A stretch of 44,686 nucleotides of DNA from positions 162,347,381 to 162,392,066 of the forward strand of contig NC_068983.1 of the NCBI RefSeq assembly GCF_001194135.2. The letters are read 5' to 3'. A program made the translations under genes and the position numbers. Shown here in pieces: positions 1 through 12,400 of this stretch. How positions within the stretch are numbered: position 1 is the stretch's first letter; the number at the start of each line of letters is the position of its first letter. The notes beneath the pieces were generated by a model. The model did no database searches. It was given only the letters and a program-made list of their open reading frames with translations, and was not told the DNA's origin. This DNA comes from Octopus bimaculoides (Eukaryota).

Positions 1-544
1 AAGTAAGCATGTATCCTATCGGTCCTATCGGCGACGCCAATAAACTCTGTTATGTTTCCCTCGGGTGACTCGTAGAGATAACATAACGAGTTATACAATT
101 TAATTATTACATTTATTGTTCAATTACATACAAAGAACACACTCACCCAATGTTCGTTATGAATAAACAAAAGTCATGTCCGCCATATATATATATCAAT
201 GACCTTTTACTAAGACAGTCCCACAAGACAACAACAATGAAACAATGAACTCAGACGAACCACATGACACACGGAACGTCAGACGAATTACATATCTAAC
301 AGTCCATATAACACACACCATAGGTTGTGAAGTGATGGCGGAGGGACAAACATAAATATATAAGTTTCTTTCAGTTTCCATCTAGCAAATCCACTCAAAA
401 GCTTTGGTTGGCCCGAAGCTATAGTAGAAGGCACCCAGGGGAATTGAACCTGGAACCATGTGGTTTGGAAGTAAGCTTCTTACCACACCACCATGCCTTT
501 GATTATTTTTAAATACTTTTCTTTTTGGATGGAATATTGTTTTC

Positions 545-640
545 TACATTATTTACAATTGATGGATAGGTGTCCTCTTGTTTGTTGTTACCGCAATGTT
601 TCGGCTGATGTACTCTCCAGCCTTCATCAGATTCTGTAAC
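545..640 (-). mobile_element. Truncated copy of the hammerhead-motif element (divergent subfamily)
   Basis: CTGATGAAGGCTGGAGAGTACATCAGCCGAAAC followed by the family body. Confidence 0.65.
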
Positions 641-1374
641 ATAATTAGAAAAGAAATTCCAAGCATGGAAGCCAAACTGGGAGTGAAAAGGCCTTTCAGT
701 TAACAAAGACCAAAGTTCCAGTAAGCAAGGAAACGGGACTATTCTCCTCAAGTAAATGACCCTGCTTGGTATGTAGGAAAGGTGTAAGGAGGGATTTCAG
801 TGATTCACCCAGGGGCAAGATCCGGTCAAAAGAGGTGCAGTGGAATCACAAGAAGGTAGAATTTGTACCAACATGAATAGACGTTAAATGATGATAATGA
901 TATTTTTTAAACATAGAAACTATTTCAAATGCACCAGAAAAGAAATGGCATCAACTAATGAAATGTCAGAAGTAAAACATTGATAATAATAACAGCACGC
1001 AGAGAGCGCAAGGCAACACCAATGTCCTCTCAACGATTAGCCAGAGGTGATTTTTAAAATGAGAATATCTAATAAACTTGGCTGCTCTCACAAACAAGAA
1101 TACTAAAAATGAACCCAACCGCTCTCAAAAATTAAGCAACAAAACTGAAAAAATAATCCAGAATCCTTGTCTTGTACCGGATTGATCCCCAAATCTTATC
1201 AGTTTGTGCCAGTCATGAGGCCAAACAACCCTAAAAATTTCATCCGAATCCAACCAGTGGTTCTTGAGATATCTTGTTCTTGGACAAACAAACAAACATG
1301 ACTAAACAATACCTCTGCCTTTGCGAAGACATAATAAAACAATATTGACAACAAAAGTATGTAATAAAGAGTGT

Positions 1375-1380
1375 TTTATT
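1375..1380 (-). terminator. Candidate polyadenylation signal AATAAA of the UBTF-like gene
   Basis: tttatt on + at 1375-1380, just past the stop codon. The hexamer is common in AT-rich DNA. Confidence 0.4.
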
Positions 1381-1402
1381 AAAAGAAATGTTTTGATGAT
1401 GA

Positions 1403-1478
1403 TCATATTGCTGCTGCTGCTGGTGCAGAAGAGGAAGCTATTTTCTGTTTGCCAGTCTTTGATTTCAGGGACTTATGC
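1403..1478 (-). CDS. UBTF: UBTF-like last coding exon (HKSLKSKTGKQKIASSSAPAAAAI*)
   Basis: ttttattttcag| acceptor in phase 2, TGA at 1403-1405, AATAAA 22 nt further on. Confidence 0.7.
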
Positions 1479-4400
1479 CTGAAAATAAAATATAAATAAA
1501 TATACAAAGATATTCTATATTTTAATATATTTTGATTTTTAAAAGGTTGCAAGCTGGCAGAATCATTGGCACAGGTAAAATGCTTAGTGGCATCTTGTCT
1601 GTCTTTATGGTCTGAGTTCAAATGCTGCCAAGGGTGAATCTGCCTTTCATCATTTCCAGGGTTGATGGAGTTGACTTTAAACCCCTACCCACACCCCGAA
1701 ATTGTTGGCCTTGTGCCAAATTTGAAATTGTAGCGCAACACCAGCAATTTCAGGGCGAGGCGAAAGTGATTACATTGACCCTCAAGTACCCAGTACTTAA
1801 CTGGTATTTATTTTATTAATGTTGAAAGGCAACGCCAACCACAGTAGAATTTTAACTTGGAACACAAAGATGGACAAAATGCTGCTAAGCATTTTGTCTG
1901 GTCTCCTAATAATTCTGCCAGTTCACCACTTCTTTTTTTAAACCCATTAACTGCCAAATTTTTTTATTCCTATTTTTTTTTGGCTTTTTAGGAGTTAAAA
2001 TAATATGTAGTATTTAAATTTTCTTCATATGTGAATTATTTTGGAAATTATAAGTTTTTCAAGAAGTCCCAAATAGGGATCGCTGAAAAAAAAAAGGCAT
2101 ATTTATCCTTTTCTATTCAACTGCAATAATAAACATTTTAGTTTTTTTGAAACTATAGTAGCAAATGCGAATGTGTAAGAAATATCAATCAATGATATAG
2201 ATAGAAGTTGGATAAAATTAGATGGAAGGTCAGATAAGGACATCACGTGCAGAGTTGGATTAGCAAAGAAGACTTTTATGGATATAAGGAGCAATTTTTG
2301 TGCAAAGAGAACTGGAATGGCAGTCATGGAAAGACTATTAAAGTGCTACATATGGATGTGAGTCTTGGACAATAAGCAATGTCATGGCGAAGAGACTCAA
2401 AGCTGCAGGAATGTGGTTTTGTAGAAAAATGCTTAGAATCTTGTGGGTAGAGAGGGGGTGACGAATGTGGAAGTGTTGAAGAAGACAAAAGTGAAGAGGC
2501 AGTTGATGGATAGAAGCAGAGAGAGAGAGTGGAGATTTGTTGGTCATTTTCTCAGAAAAGATGATGGAATGGAGCATTGCACGGTGGAGAGTTAGAGGAA
2601 GCCAGAGAATGAAGAAAAGAATGAATGTGAAGTGGGAGAAAGACCTGGGTGATGTGTTGTAAGAGACAGAAATAAATGAAGGAGGAACAAGCCATGAATA
2701 TGCCATGACATGAGAGAGATATAGATGGGAAAAGCAAAAATTAAAAAATTTATTTTCAAAACAGTCAATATTTTTGTAGTTCAAAATTTGCAATTTATGA
2801 CAAAATCATCATCATCATTTAACGTCCACTTACCATGCTAGCATGGGTTGGACGATTTGACTGAGGACTGGTGGACCAGGTGGCTACACTACGCTCCAAT
2901 CTGATTTGGCAGAGTTTCTACAGCTGGATGCCCTTCCTAACGCCAACCACTCTGAGAGTGTAGTGGGTGCTTTTACATGCCACAGGCACGAAGGCCAGTC
3001 AGGCCGTACTGGCAATGCCACACTCAAAATGGCGTTTTCTACGAGCCAGAGCTAATAATGACAAACTTTAATGCCTAAATGTTAAACACACCTCTGCAAA
3101 TGCACTGTACATAAGCAATTCACTTTAAATACAATGAACACCTGGCAGTGTGCTCAGCCAGATGTTGCACAACTGACCCTGCAGAAGTTGAACGAATTGG
3201 GCTACAAAACTCTGCCTCATCCGCCATACTCACCAGACCTCTCGCCTACCACTTTTTCAAGCATCTCAACAACTTCCTGCATGAGAAATGTTTCAAAAAC
3301 CAAGACGATGCCAAACACGCCTTCAACAACTTCATCGCCACCAGAACGCAGGATTTTTATGCTACTGGCTTAAATGAACTTGTTTCGCATTGGCAAAAGT
3401 GTGTTGATTTCGATTAATAAAGTTTTGTTTGAGTCAAGATATGTGCATCTGAATTTAAAGGTTAAAAACCGCAAGAACTTTCTCGACAACCTAATAAAAT
3501 ATAAACCCGATTTAAAAACCAAAGATTCTACTTTTATGGAATTTGTTCTTTGAAATTTAGGTGGGAAACTTCATTTGTAGTCAGTCCCCTTTCATATCCC
3601 CATCACCCCTTAGATGCCACTAGCAGAATTATCATCATTGAGATCTGATCTTCCTTTCTGCTAGTCAGATATTGGAAGCTCCGCCCAAGGACATGGCCAT
3701 TACCTTCTATTTCTCAATAATCAATCAAACAATAGAATAAAAAGGATTGCAAGTTACATTTCTTTCCTCTGCAATTTGTACGATTCCTGTGAAGCTTTGG
3801 GCAGCAATTTCCACCGTTTCTGAAGAGTCTTATATCTTTCAGTTTTGCAAAGATCAGGTAAGGAATCTTTATTTTCACTGTAGTATAACAAAAAGGCGGA
3901 TCTGAATTTAAGAAAAAAAAGAAAAAATTAGAGAAAGTGGCAAGAATAATGAAACTTAAGAAGAAAAAAAACATTCCACTATAACTGGAAATATTCTGTC
4001 TCTACAACAACTATGTTCACCATGTGGTAAATATAAAAGAAGTACTTGGAGAGTATTACAAGTTGAAACCATTCCTATCCAAGAAGAGCCAAGAAAATAG
4101 CAATTTCAATATTGGTAAAAATCATTAGATTACATAAGACTGACTTGTCTTGGAAGAGGTAGACCCAGGAAGACTTGGGATGAGGTGGTGAAGCATGACC
4201 TTTGAACATTAGGCTTCATCGAGGCAATGACTAGTGACTGAGACCTTTGGAAATATGCTTTGCTTGAGAAGACCCGGCAAGCCAAGTGAGACCTAAATCC
4301 AAGGCCTCTGCCAGGGGTGTAAACAGCCCGCTTTGCGTACCTTTACTTCATTGGACACTAAACTCTGCTTGCGAAGACCTGTTGAGGCAAGTGAAATTGA

Positions 4401-6411
4401 AATCGAAATCAAATTCGATGACTGGCATCCGTGCTAGTGGAGTGCTAAGAGCACCATCCGAGCGTGATTGTTGCCAGAGGAGGTGACTGGCTTCCGTGCC
4501 GGTGGCACGTAAAAAGCACCATTCGAGCGTGATCGTTACCAGCGTTGCCTTACTGACACTTGTGCCAGTGACACATGAAAAAATATTCAAGCGAGGTTGT
4601 TGCCAGTACGGCCTGACTGGCCCTCATGCTGGTGGCACGTAAAAGCACCCACTACACTCTCGGAGTGGTTCGCATTAGGAAGGGCATCCAGCTGTAGAAA
4701 CTCTGCAAGATCAGATTGGAGCCTGGTGCAGCCATCTGGTTCGCCACTCCTCAGTCAAATCATCCAACTCATGCTAGCATGGAAAGCGGACGTAACACCA
4801 GCATCCGGAAGCTCACAAGACAAGGACCTCTTAACTGAGAGAGGGAGTGAGGGGCATGGCCATAAAGGAATTTTGTAAACTATATCAGTAACTCATGGAG
4901 GATGTAAAAACAGTTTCGGTGATCCTTATTTAATTAGGAGAGAATATTAATGTGGGACACTTATTGATTGTTTCACTACAAATCATCATTCGTCATCATT
5001 TAAAGCCTGTTTTCCATGCTGGCATGGGTTGGATGGTTTGACAGGAGCTGGCCAACTGGGGTGCTACCCAATGTACTGGGTACCCTTTTTATGTGGCACT
5101 GATCTGGGTACTTTTACATGGGACCAACACAGGTGCTTTTACATGCTCTACACATTATGTATATACATACACACATGCAAACAAATGTCCACCTGTTCAT
5201 CCATACACACAAAGCCAGAGTTTATTTTCTCTTATAATCTACTCCCTATTTAATAGGCAGACTATTCATTTTCTCTTAAACTGTGTATACACATATTTCA
5301 ATTTATACACCTTTATACATTTCAGTTCAAATCCAACCCAAGTCGACTTTGCTTTTTGTTAATCCAAGCTCTGAGATAGACTATATAACTACCAGGTGTA
5401 TTTATATTCTAATCCCTGCCTCTTGTGAGTATGCCTGGCATTTTGCCACCATCTCTATCCTGCTGTCACCCTCTCTCTCTCTCTCTCTCTCTCTCTCCTT
5501 CTGCACTTCTCTCAGGTTGGGTAACCATGTATTTCCTTTGTGGTAGCACACCTGTTTCTCTCTTCATTCCTGATATCTCTCTCTCAGGCCATGTAACCTT
5601 GTACCTCCTCCACAGCAAGATCCCTGTTTCTTATTTCTTTATTGCTCACAAGGGGCTAAACATAGAGGGGACAAACGGATTAAGTCAATTACATTGACCC
5701 CAGTGCAGAACTGGTACTTAATTTATCGAAAGGATAAAAGGCAAAGTCGACCTCGGCGGAATTGGAACTCAGAATGTAACGGCAGACGAAATACCGCCAA
5801 GCATTTCGCCCGGCGTGCTAACGTTTCTGCCAGCTCGTCGCCTTATTCTGTCATTCTGTCTCATTCTGACACAAGATCACCTCCTCCAATGCCCCCTCAT
5901 CTTTCAAACATTTTTTTTTGCCTTGCAAGGTACTAGGCGACCCTGTCAGAGCAGGTACCACTTAAAAGCATCCAGTCCACATTGTAAAGTGGTTAGCCTT
6001 TGGAAGGGCATCCAGCTGTAAAAATCCTGCCAAAATAATCACAGAAGTCTGGTGCAGGCTTCTGTTAAACCGACCCACCCATGCCAGCATGGAAGGCGGA
6101 TGTTAAAGGATGATGCTGATATATATATATATATATATGTATATTTGTTTTGCAAGATTTTTGATGTGAAATCGTGTGTTGAAACAGATGTTGTTGTACT
6201 TGGGGATGGTCATATTGCCAGTTTAGCCAATAAAAACACATGCACTGTATATTTGGTGTTAATTTGCTTCAGCTTTATATTACATTAATCTTAATCTTAT
6301 TTCGGCCAGAGTTCTTTCGTCACACTTCTGTGACCTCATCAGTGGTCCTTTGTTTCCTTCTTTCTTATGTGTGTCTCACCTTGCTAACTATCAGCCATTT
6401 TGTATTTTGTA

Positions 6412-6493
<82 letters not shown>

Positions 6494-9400
6494 CGCTTTC
6501 CTCAGAAATTTACAAAGTAGAGTCAATAAAGAAATATCTACTTACGCTGGTCGACTCCTTTTCCTAGAAAAAAGAAAATATTTCCAATTAATCCAGTGCT
6601 CTAATAATGTTAACATGTTTCAATAATGTAAGAAAGGTTACAAGTAACAATGTCTTTTCTGATTCTGGCAGAGGGAAATGAATTTTTAGTTTTATTCCCA
6701 ATATTAATCTCTTGAGGGTCCTTTGTTGATAAAAGTGAGGTAAATGAATGGTGAAGTTGTTAGGCTCACAACTAAATTCCCTCATTTCACATGATCTCAA
6801 CCTACTCAACTGTAAATGACTATCACCTAAGTACCGGGGCAGCTCTCTCTCTCTCTTTCTGCCCTTCTACTCGTTGCGCCCACAATGTCCTGCTGAGAGG
6901 ACATCGATATATGCACAGGCACTTAAAATACCAAGCAAAAGCATGAGACAAAAGCTATCCAGTCATACGCACTACGCTAACCTCTACCCCCCATCACACT
7001 CTCTCACCCCATCCCATGACTCACTGTCTGTCTCCTCTCCTTACACTCACTCACCTTCTTGTAGTATCTCATCACCACTTTTTTCTTATCTCCTTCAGCC
7101 ATAGATCTCCTCTTATAGCAAGACACCTCTGCTCCCCCCCCCCACATCATACTTTAGCCTTTCAACATCTGGCATAAAGCCACCCACCTCCGCCTTCCCC
7201 TCTTAGTAGTGGGAGCTTCTTTTTCCTCCTTCTCTGTTCTTTTCAGTCTTGCAAGTTACATGGCAACCTCAATGGTGCTGGTGCCACATAAAAAGCACCC
7301 AGTGCCACTCTGTTAAGTGGTTGACGATAGAAAGAGAATCAAGCCATAGAAACTGTGCCAAACATGATATTGGAGCTTACTGGTTCTTTGTCAATTTATC
7401 CAACCCATGCCAGCACGGAAAATAGAGGTATGATGATGATTTTGATGAGAATTAGAACATTATTTTATCTTGAAGAAGAGTTTTATCACCAAGATAGCAA
7501 TTTTTGGTCTTTTAAAAGCCTGCAAGAATTAATCCTTATTGTACAGGATCTGAGGATACATGGTTCCAAGTCAACTCAATTTTGATAGTAGGGTACTTTC
7601 TGGAATTCTCCATATTTCACATGATGTATGTACATTTTATTTTCATTACCCAATTGAAGGAGGTTACGACAACCAATTTTCATCGGATAAATGGGTGACA
7701 CGGCCGATGCCAATGTTGCCATGCTTGTGAAGACCTGTTCAACCGAGTGAAATCGATGCTCTGGCTGATGCCAGTGCCGGTGTCACGTAAAAAGCACCAT
7801 TTGAGCATGGCCAATGCCAGTGCCGCCTGACTGGCACCCCTGTTGGTGACATGTAAAAAGCACCATTCAAGCGTGTCTGATGTTAGTGCCGCCTGACTGG
7901 AAAGTAAAAAGCACCCACCACGCTCTCAGAGCAGTTGGCATTAGGAAGGGCAACCAGCTGTAGAAACCTTGCCAGATCAGATCAGGGGCCTGGTGCAGCC
8001 TCCTGGCTTACCAGTTCTCAGTCAAACTGTCCAACCCATGTCAGCATGGAAAGTGGACGTCAAACAATGATGATGATGATGGATGTTCTGTGACTACACT
8101 AAACCTATTAGAGATTAGGTCATCCATAATGCTTCTTCAACATTCTGACTTTTAGTATATTCTTTCACTCTTTTACTAGTTTTCAGTCATTTGACTGCAG
8201 GGACATGAAAAATTATAGTAACAGAAAAATAACATCGGCAACATACATTACGAATGAGAACAGTCAAATAAAGGGATGGGTTCAAAATTCCACAAGAAGA
8301 CCTGATGAAGGCTGGAGAGTACATCAGCCAAAATGTTGTGGTAACAACAAGGATGAGGACACTTATCCGACCATTGTAAATAATGTACAGAATTCCTCAT
8401 CTCAGAAATATAGAATAGTGTTACTAAAAGGTCAAACAATGAACAGCAGAATGGCCAGAAAATTCACTTGTAAAGTATTGGCCAGGCCAGCTCTGTGGTA
8501 GATGTACAGTATGATTGACCCCAAAATCCTACAGATACACAAACATTGTCTCAGTTCCACATCCAGCAGTTTCCAGGTCACTCAAATCACTCATCCTGTG
8601 ATTTTCTCAAAAAATAATCCTGAATTAATCTGTGATTGAAAAATCAAAAATGTTTATAAATAATTCAGAGATACTTACTTCAATTGCAGTTGTTCCTGTG
8701 AAAAAGAAAAAAAAAACAAACAAACATTACAAAGCTTCTTTCAATGAGATGACAAAATAAAAGCAAAAACGTTGGTCATTAACCCTTCAACATTCAGATT
8801 ATTATGTGAAATGCTTATTTATTCACATTGGTTTGACTTAATCCTGCATTATCTCAGTTTCAAGATTTCAATAATGTCAGTGTTTATAGAACAACATTGT
8901 AGGGTAGGTGTGAGAGGCTGAATCTGACTGGTTTAACCCTTTCGTCACCAACCCAGCTGAAACTGCCTCTGGCTCTGAGTACAAATGTCTTATTTTCATA
9001 AGTTCTGAATTAAAATCTTCCACCAAACCTTAGTCACAATTTATGTTCCTAGCACTAGCTTAATGATAACTAAGTTATTTTACTAAATTCTTTGTTATAT
9101 TTAAAATTAATTGAAAGAAACACGGAGCATCTCAACAGAAATATCATAACAAAATGGCTAAAATATATAATAGAGAAACAATTCTTAACCTTTTTGATAC
9201 CAACCCAGTTGAAACTGCCTGTGGCTCTGTAATACAAATGTCTTGTTTTCATAAATTTTGAACTAAAATCTTCCAACAAACCTTAGTCACAATTTATGTT
9301 CCTAACACTAGCTTAATGATAACTAAGTTATTTTGCTAAATTCTTTGTTATATTTAAAGTAATTGAAAGAAACACAGAGCATCTCAACAGAAATACAGTA

Positions 9401-12400
9401 ACGAAAGGGTTAAACAAAACAAGTAGAATAACTGGACCAGATACGGTCAGTCTGAATGCTAAAGGGTCAATACATGAATTAAAAAAAACTAAAAGTCAAC
9501 ACAAAAATGCCTTTCAGACTTTGAGCCTGTATTTCAAGAACTTGTTAAAAACTTTAATATGAAAGGTAACCCATTTTTAATTATTACTTTTGATTGTTAT
9601 TTGAGAGACAGCATCACTATTATTTAGTTTTACAATACTACTGGAATCAATTTTACCTTTCACTCCATCAATAATATATATATATCAGTCAGGCACTGGT
9701 TTAAATTATATATTGGGTCATCCCATATGTAATGCGGTTTTTTTTATACTTCTTTTATTTTTCAAAATTAAGATAAACAAAGTTCTTTTTTAATCTAAAA
9801 TATACTCCCCTTCATTTTTATACAATGCTCTTCCATCTATCTGGTAGACTTGCAAAGTCTCTCTTCCAAAATTCACTTGTCCGTCACAAAAATTACTCCT
9901 CCAGTACTGTTCTGACCTCGTCTACAGAATTCATATTTTTTCCGTCCAAATGATTTTGAAGACAGCGGAATAAATGATAATCAGATGGGGCAATATCCGG
10001 CGAATATGGTTGGTGGGGCATCATTTCCCATTCAAACTGCTCCAACCTTTGGAATGTCATCCTTGCTGTATGTGGCTGAGCATTATCCTGATGGAAGAAC
10101 ATCTTTTGTCTTGAAACCAAAGATGATCGCTTTTCTTCTAGCGCCGACTTAAACCCCTCAAGTTGCTCCCAGTAGATCTCCTTTGTTATCATTTGGTTTG
10201 AGTTTAAAAGTTCAAAGTGGACTAAACCTTTCATATCCCACCAAACAGATAATACCTTACGTGGTTGAAGACATTCTTTAGCCTGGGGTGCCAGTGTTTC
10301 TCCTTTCCTTACCTACTGTCTTTGGTGCTTGACATTTTTATAGAGAACCCATTCCTCGTCACCAGTCACTATTCGGTCCAAAAAAGGTTCATTCGTGAGA
10401 TGTGACAGCAAAGAGCACACATTCACCCTCTGCGTGCGATTATAAAGTTTGTGAGGAACCCATTGACCCAATTTGTTCCAATGGCATGCAGGTATCAATG
10501 AATGGTTGAATGACCAAATCCAAGCTTCTCTGCTAGTTCCTCAACAATTACAATGGGATTCTTTTGTTCCGCGAAGGTTTGCAGGACATCCTCATCAAGC
10601 TCTACAGATCTCCCAGGACTAAGCTCGTCTTCTAGGCTGTAGTTTCAAGCTCGGAATTTCTGGAACCACCAATGACACTGGCTTATGTTTATTGTCCGAT
10701 CCCCATGTGCTGCATTAATGTTACTCACACTTTCTGTTGCCTTTATTGAACTCATAAAGTAAAATATGCTCCTTTGTCACTTCCATTATAGCTTTGAAAA
10801 AGTAACTGTTTAAATTAAATTGCACTCTTCAAAACTTGCACTAAGAATAAGTACAAGTTAAAATTAGTACCTGCTTTTATAGCAAGTTGATGCAGGTAGT
10901 TTATCCTGTCCCCCTCCAGTATTTAGTTCATCAATTGAAAAAAATTGCATTATTTATAGGATGACCCAGTACTTATCCACACACTGGTCTAAATATGTAT
11001 AGTCAGATGCTAGTCTAAATGATATATGAATCATAGACTGGTCTAAAAAGAATTTACAACCAGATTTAAACTGCACATTCACACAATTGAATTTGAAAGG
11101 TATTAACAACAATAGGAAATATTAAGTACCTACCTCTACTAATTTACTATTTATTGTTAATAAACATTCTTCGGGAGACAATTTACTAACATACTCATAA
11201 ACTTTTTCTTGATACTCTATTTTTTCCTAAAAAAAAGCAAAAACAAAACACTTTTTAACCTTCGCAACGAAATTCAGATGTAAAAGAAATGGGACACTTT
11301 TCAATGTTCAAGTAAAAGTCACTGGTCTTTTGCTACAGTTTTATTCATAGTTTATTGAATATGTCAACCTCCGATACAGCAGTTACTATTTGATGGTTAG
11401 CTACTACAATACAAAGGTTTTACTCTTCTTACAGTGCCACGTGAAAAGCACTGCTGTCACATAAAAAGCACTGAGGCAGGTGCCACGTNNNNNNNNNNTA
11501 CAGTGCTATGTGAAAAGCACTGATGCAGGTGCCACGTAAAAACCTCTGGTGCTGGTGCCACAGAAAAACACTGAGGCAGGTGCCACGTAAAAACCTCTGG
11601 TGCTGGTGCCACAGAAAAACACTGAGGCAGGTGCCATGTAAAAAGCACTCGTGTTGGTGTCATGCTGTAAAGTGGTTGGCATATTAGGAAGGGCATACAG
11701 CTGTAGAAACTATGCCAAAACAGACAATGGAACCTGCTGTGACCCCTAGCCTCACCAGTTCCTGTCAAACTGTTCAACCCGAGCCAGCATGGAAAACAGA
11801 TGTTAGATGATGATGATGATGATGAGTCTGCCAGAAACTCACATTTTTGAGTATCTGTTTTTCCTTGCTGCTTATGGACTTTTATGGAAATGGTTGCTTT
11901 GTTTTGGCTTTCAAGATTTCTACACACTTTACTGCTTCCATATAACTATAAAAGCCACACAATCGTAATTCCTTTACTTATAAATTCCAAATTTTTCAGC
12001 TCATTTAATAATAATAAAGACAAAAAAACAATGAGAGATGAATGTCTCAGGAGATCAAATGAATGGGTGTCACTTTATATCTTGTGGCCAAAACATAAAA
12101 TTATTAACAAAAACAGCAAATATACAGAGTGTTCAAAAAATCTCTCCGCAGGGAGTTTTTTCATCCTGTGCACCACCATGGTGCAAGTTCAAGAGTTTTT
12201 CGGTGAACGGATTATATCGAAGGGACTGTAGCCACCAAGATCACCTGATTTAACACTGGCAGACTTTTTTGTCTGGGGAGCAAGTAAAGGATCAGTGTAC
12301 AAGAATCACCCGAAAACCATTAAATACGTACTGCGGAGAGATTTTTTGAACACCCTGTATAAGCAATCTCTCATGTTCCAGTGAAACAGACAATGTTAAC

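Noticed and set aside
2338-2793. 151-aa ORF and similar Ser/Leu/Phe/Pro-rich ORFs (21550-22247, 33406-33696, 6874-7104)
   Set aside because: They are translations of polypurine/polypyrimidine low-complexity tracts, with no splice or domain support.
6588-6809. 73-aa minus-strand ORF with a phase-2 AG as an alternative UBF exon
   Set aside because: Weak splice sites and no HMG similarity. The 18-nt microexon at 6546-6563 completes the HMG motif properly.
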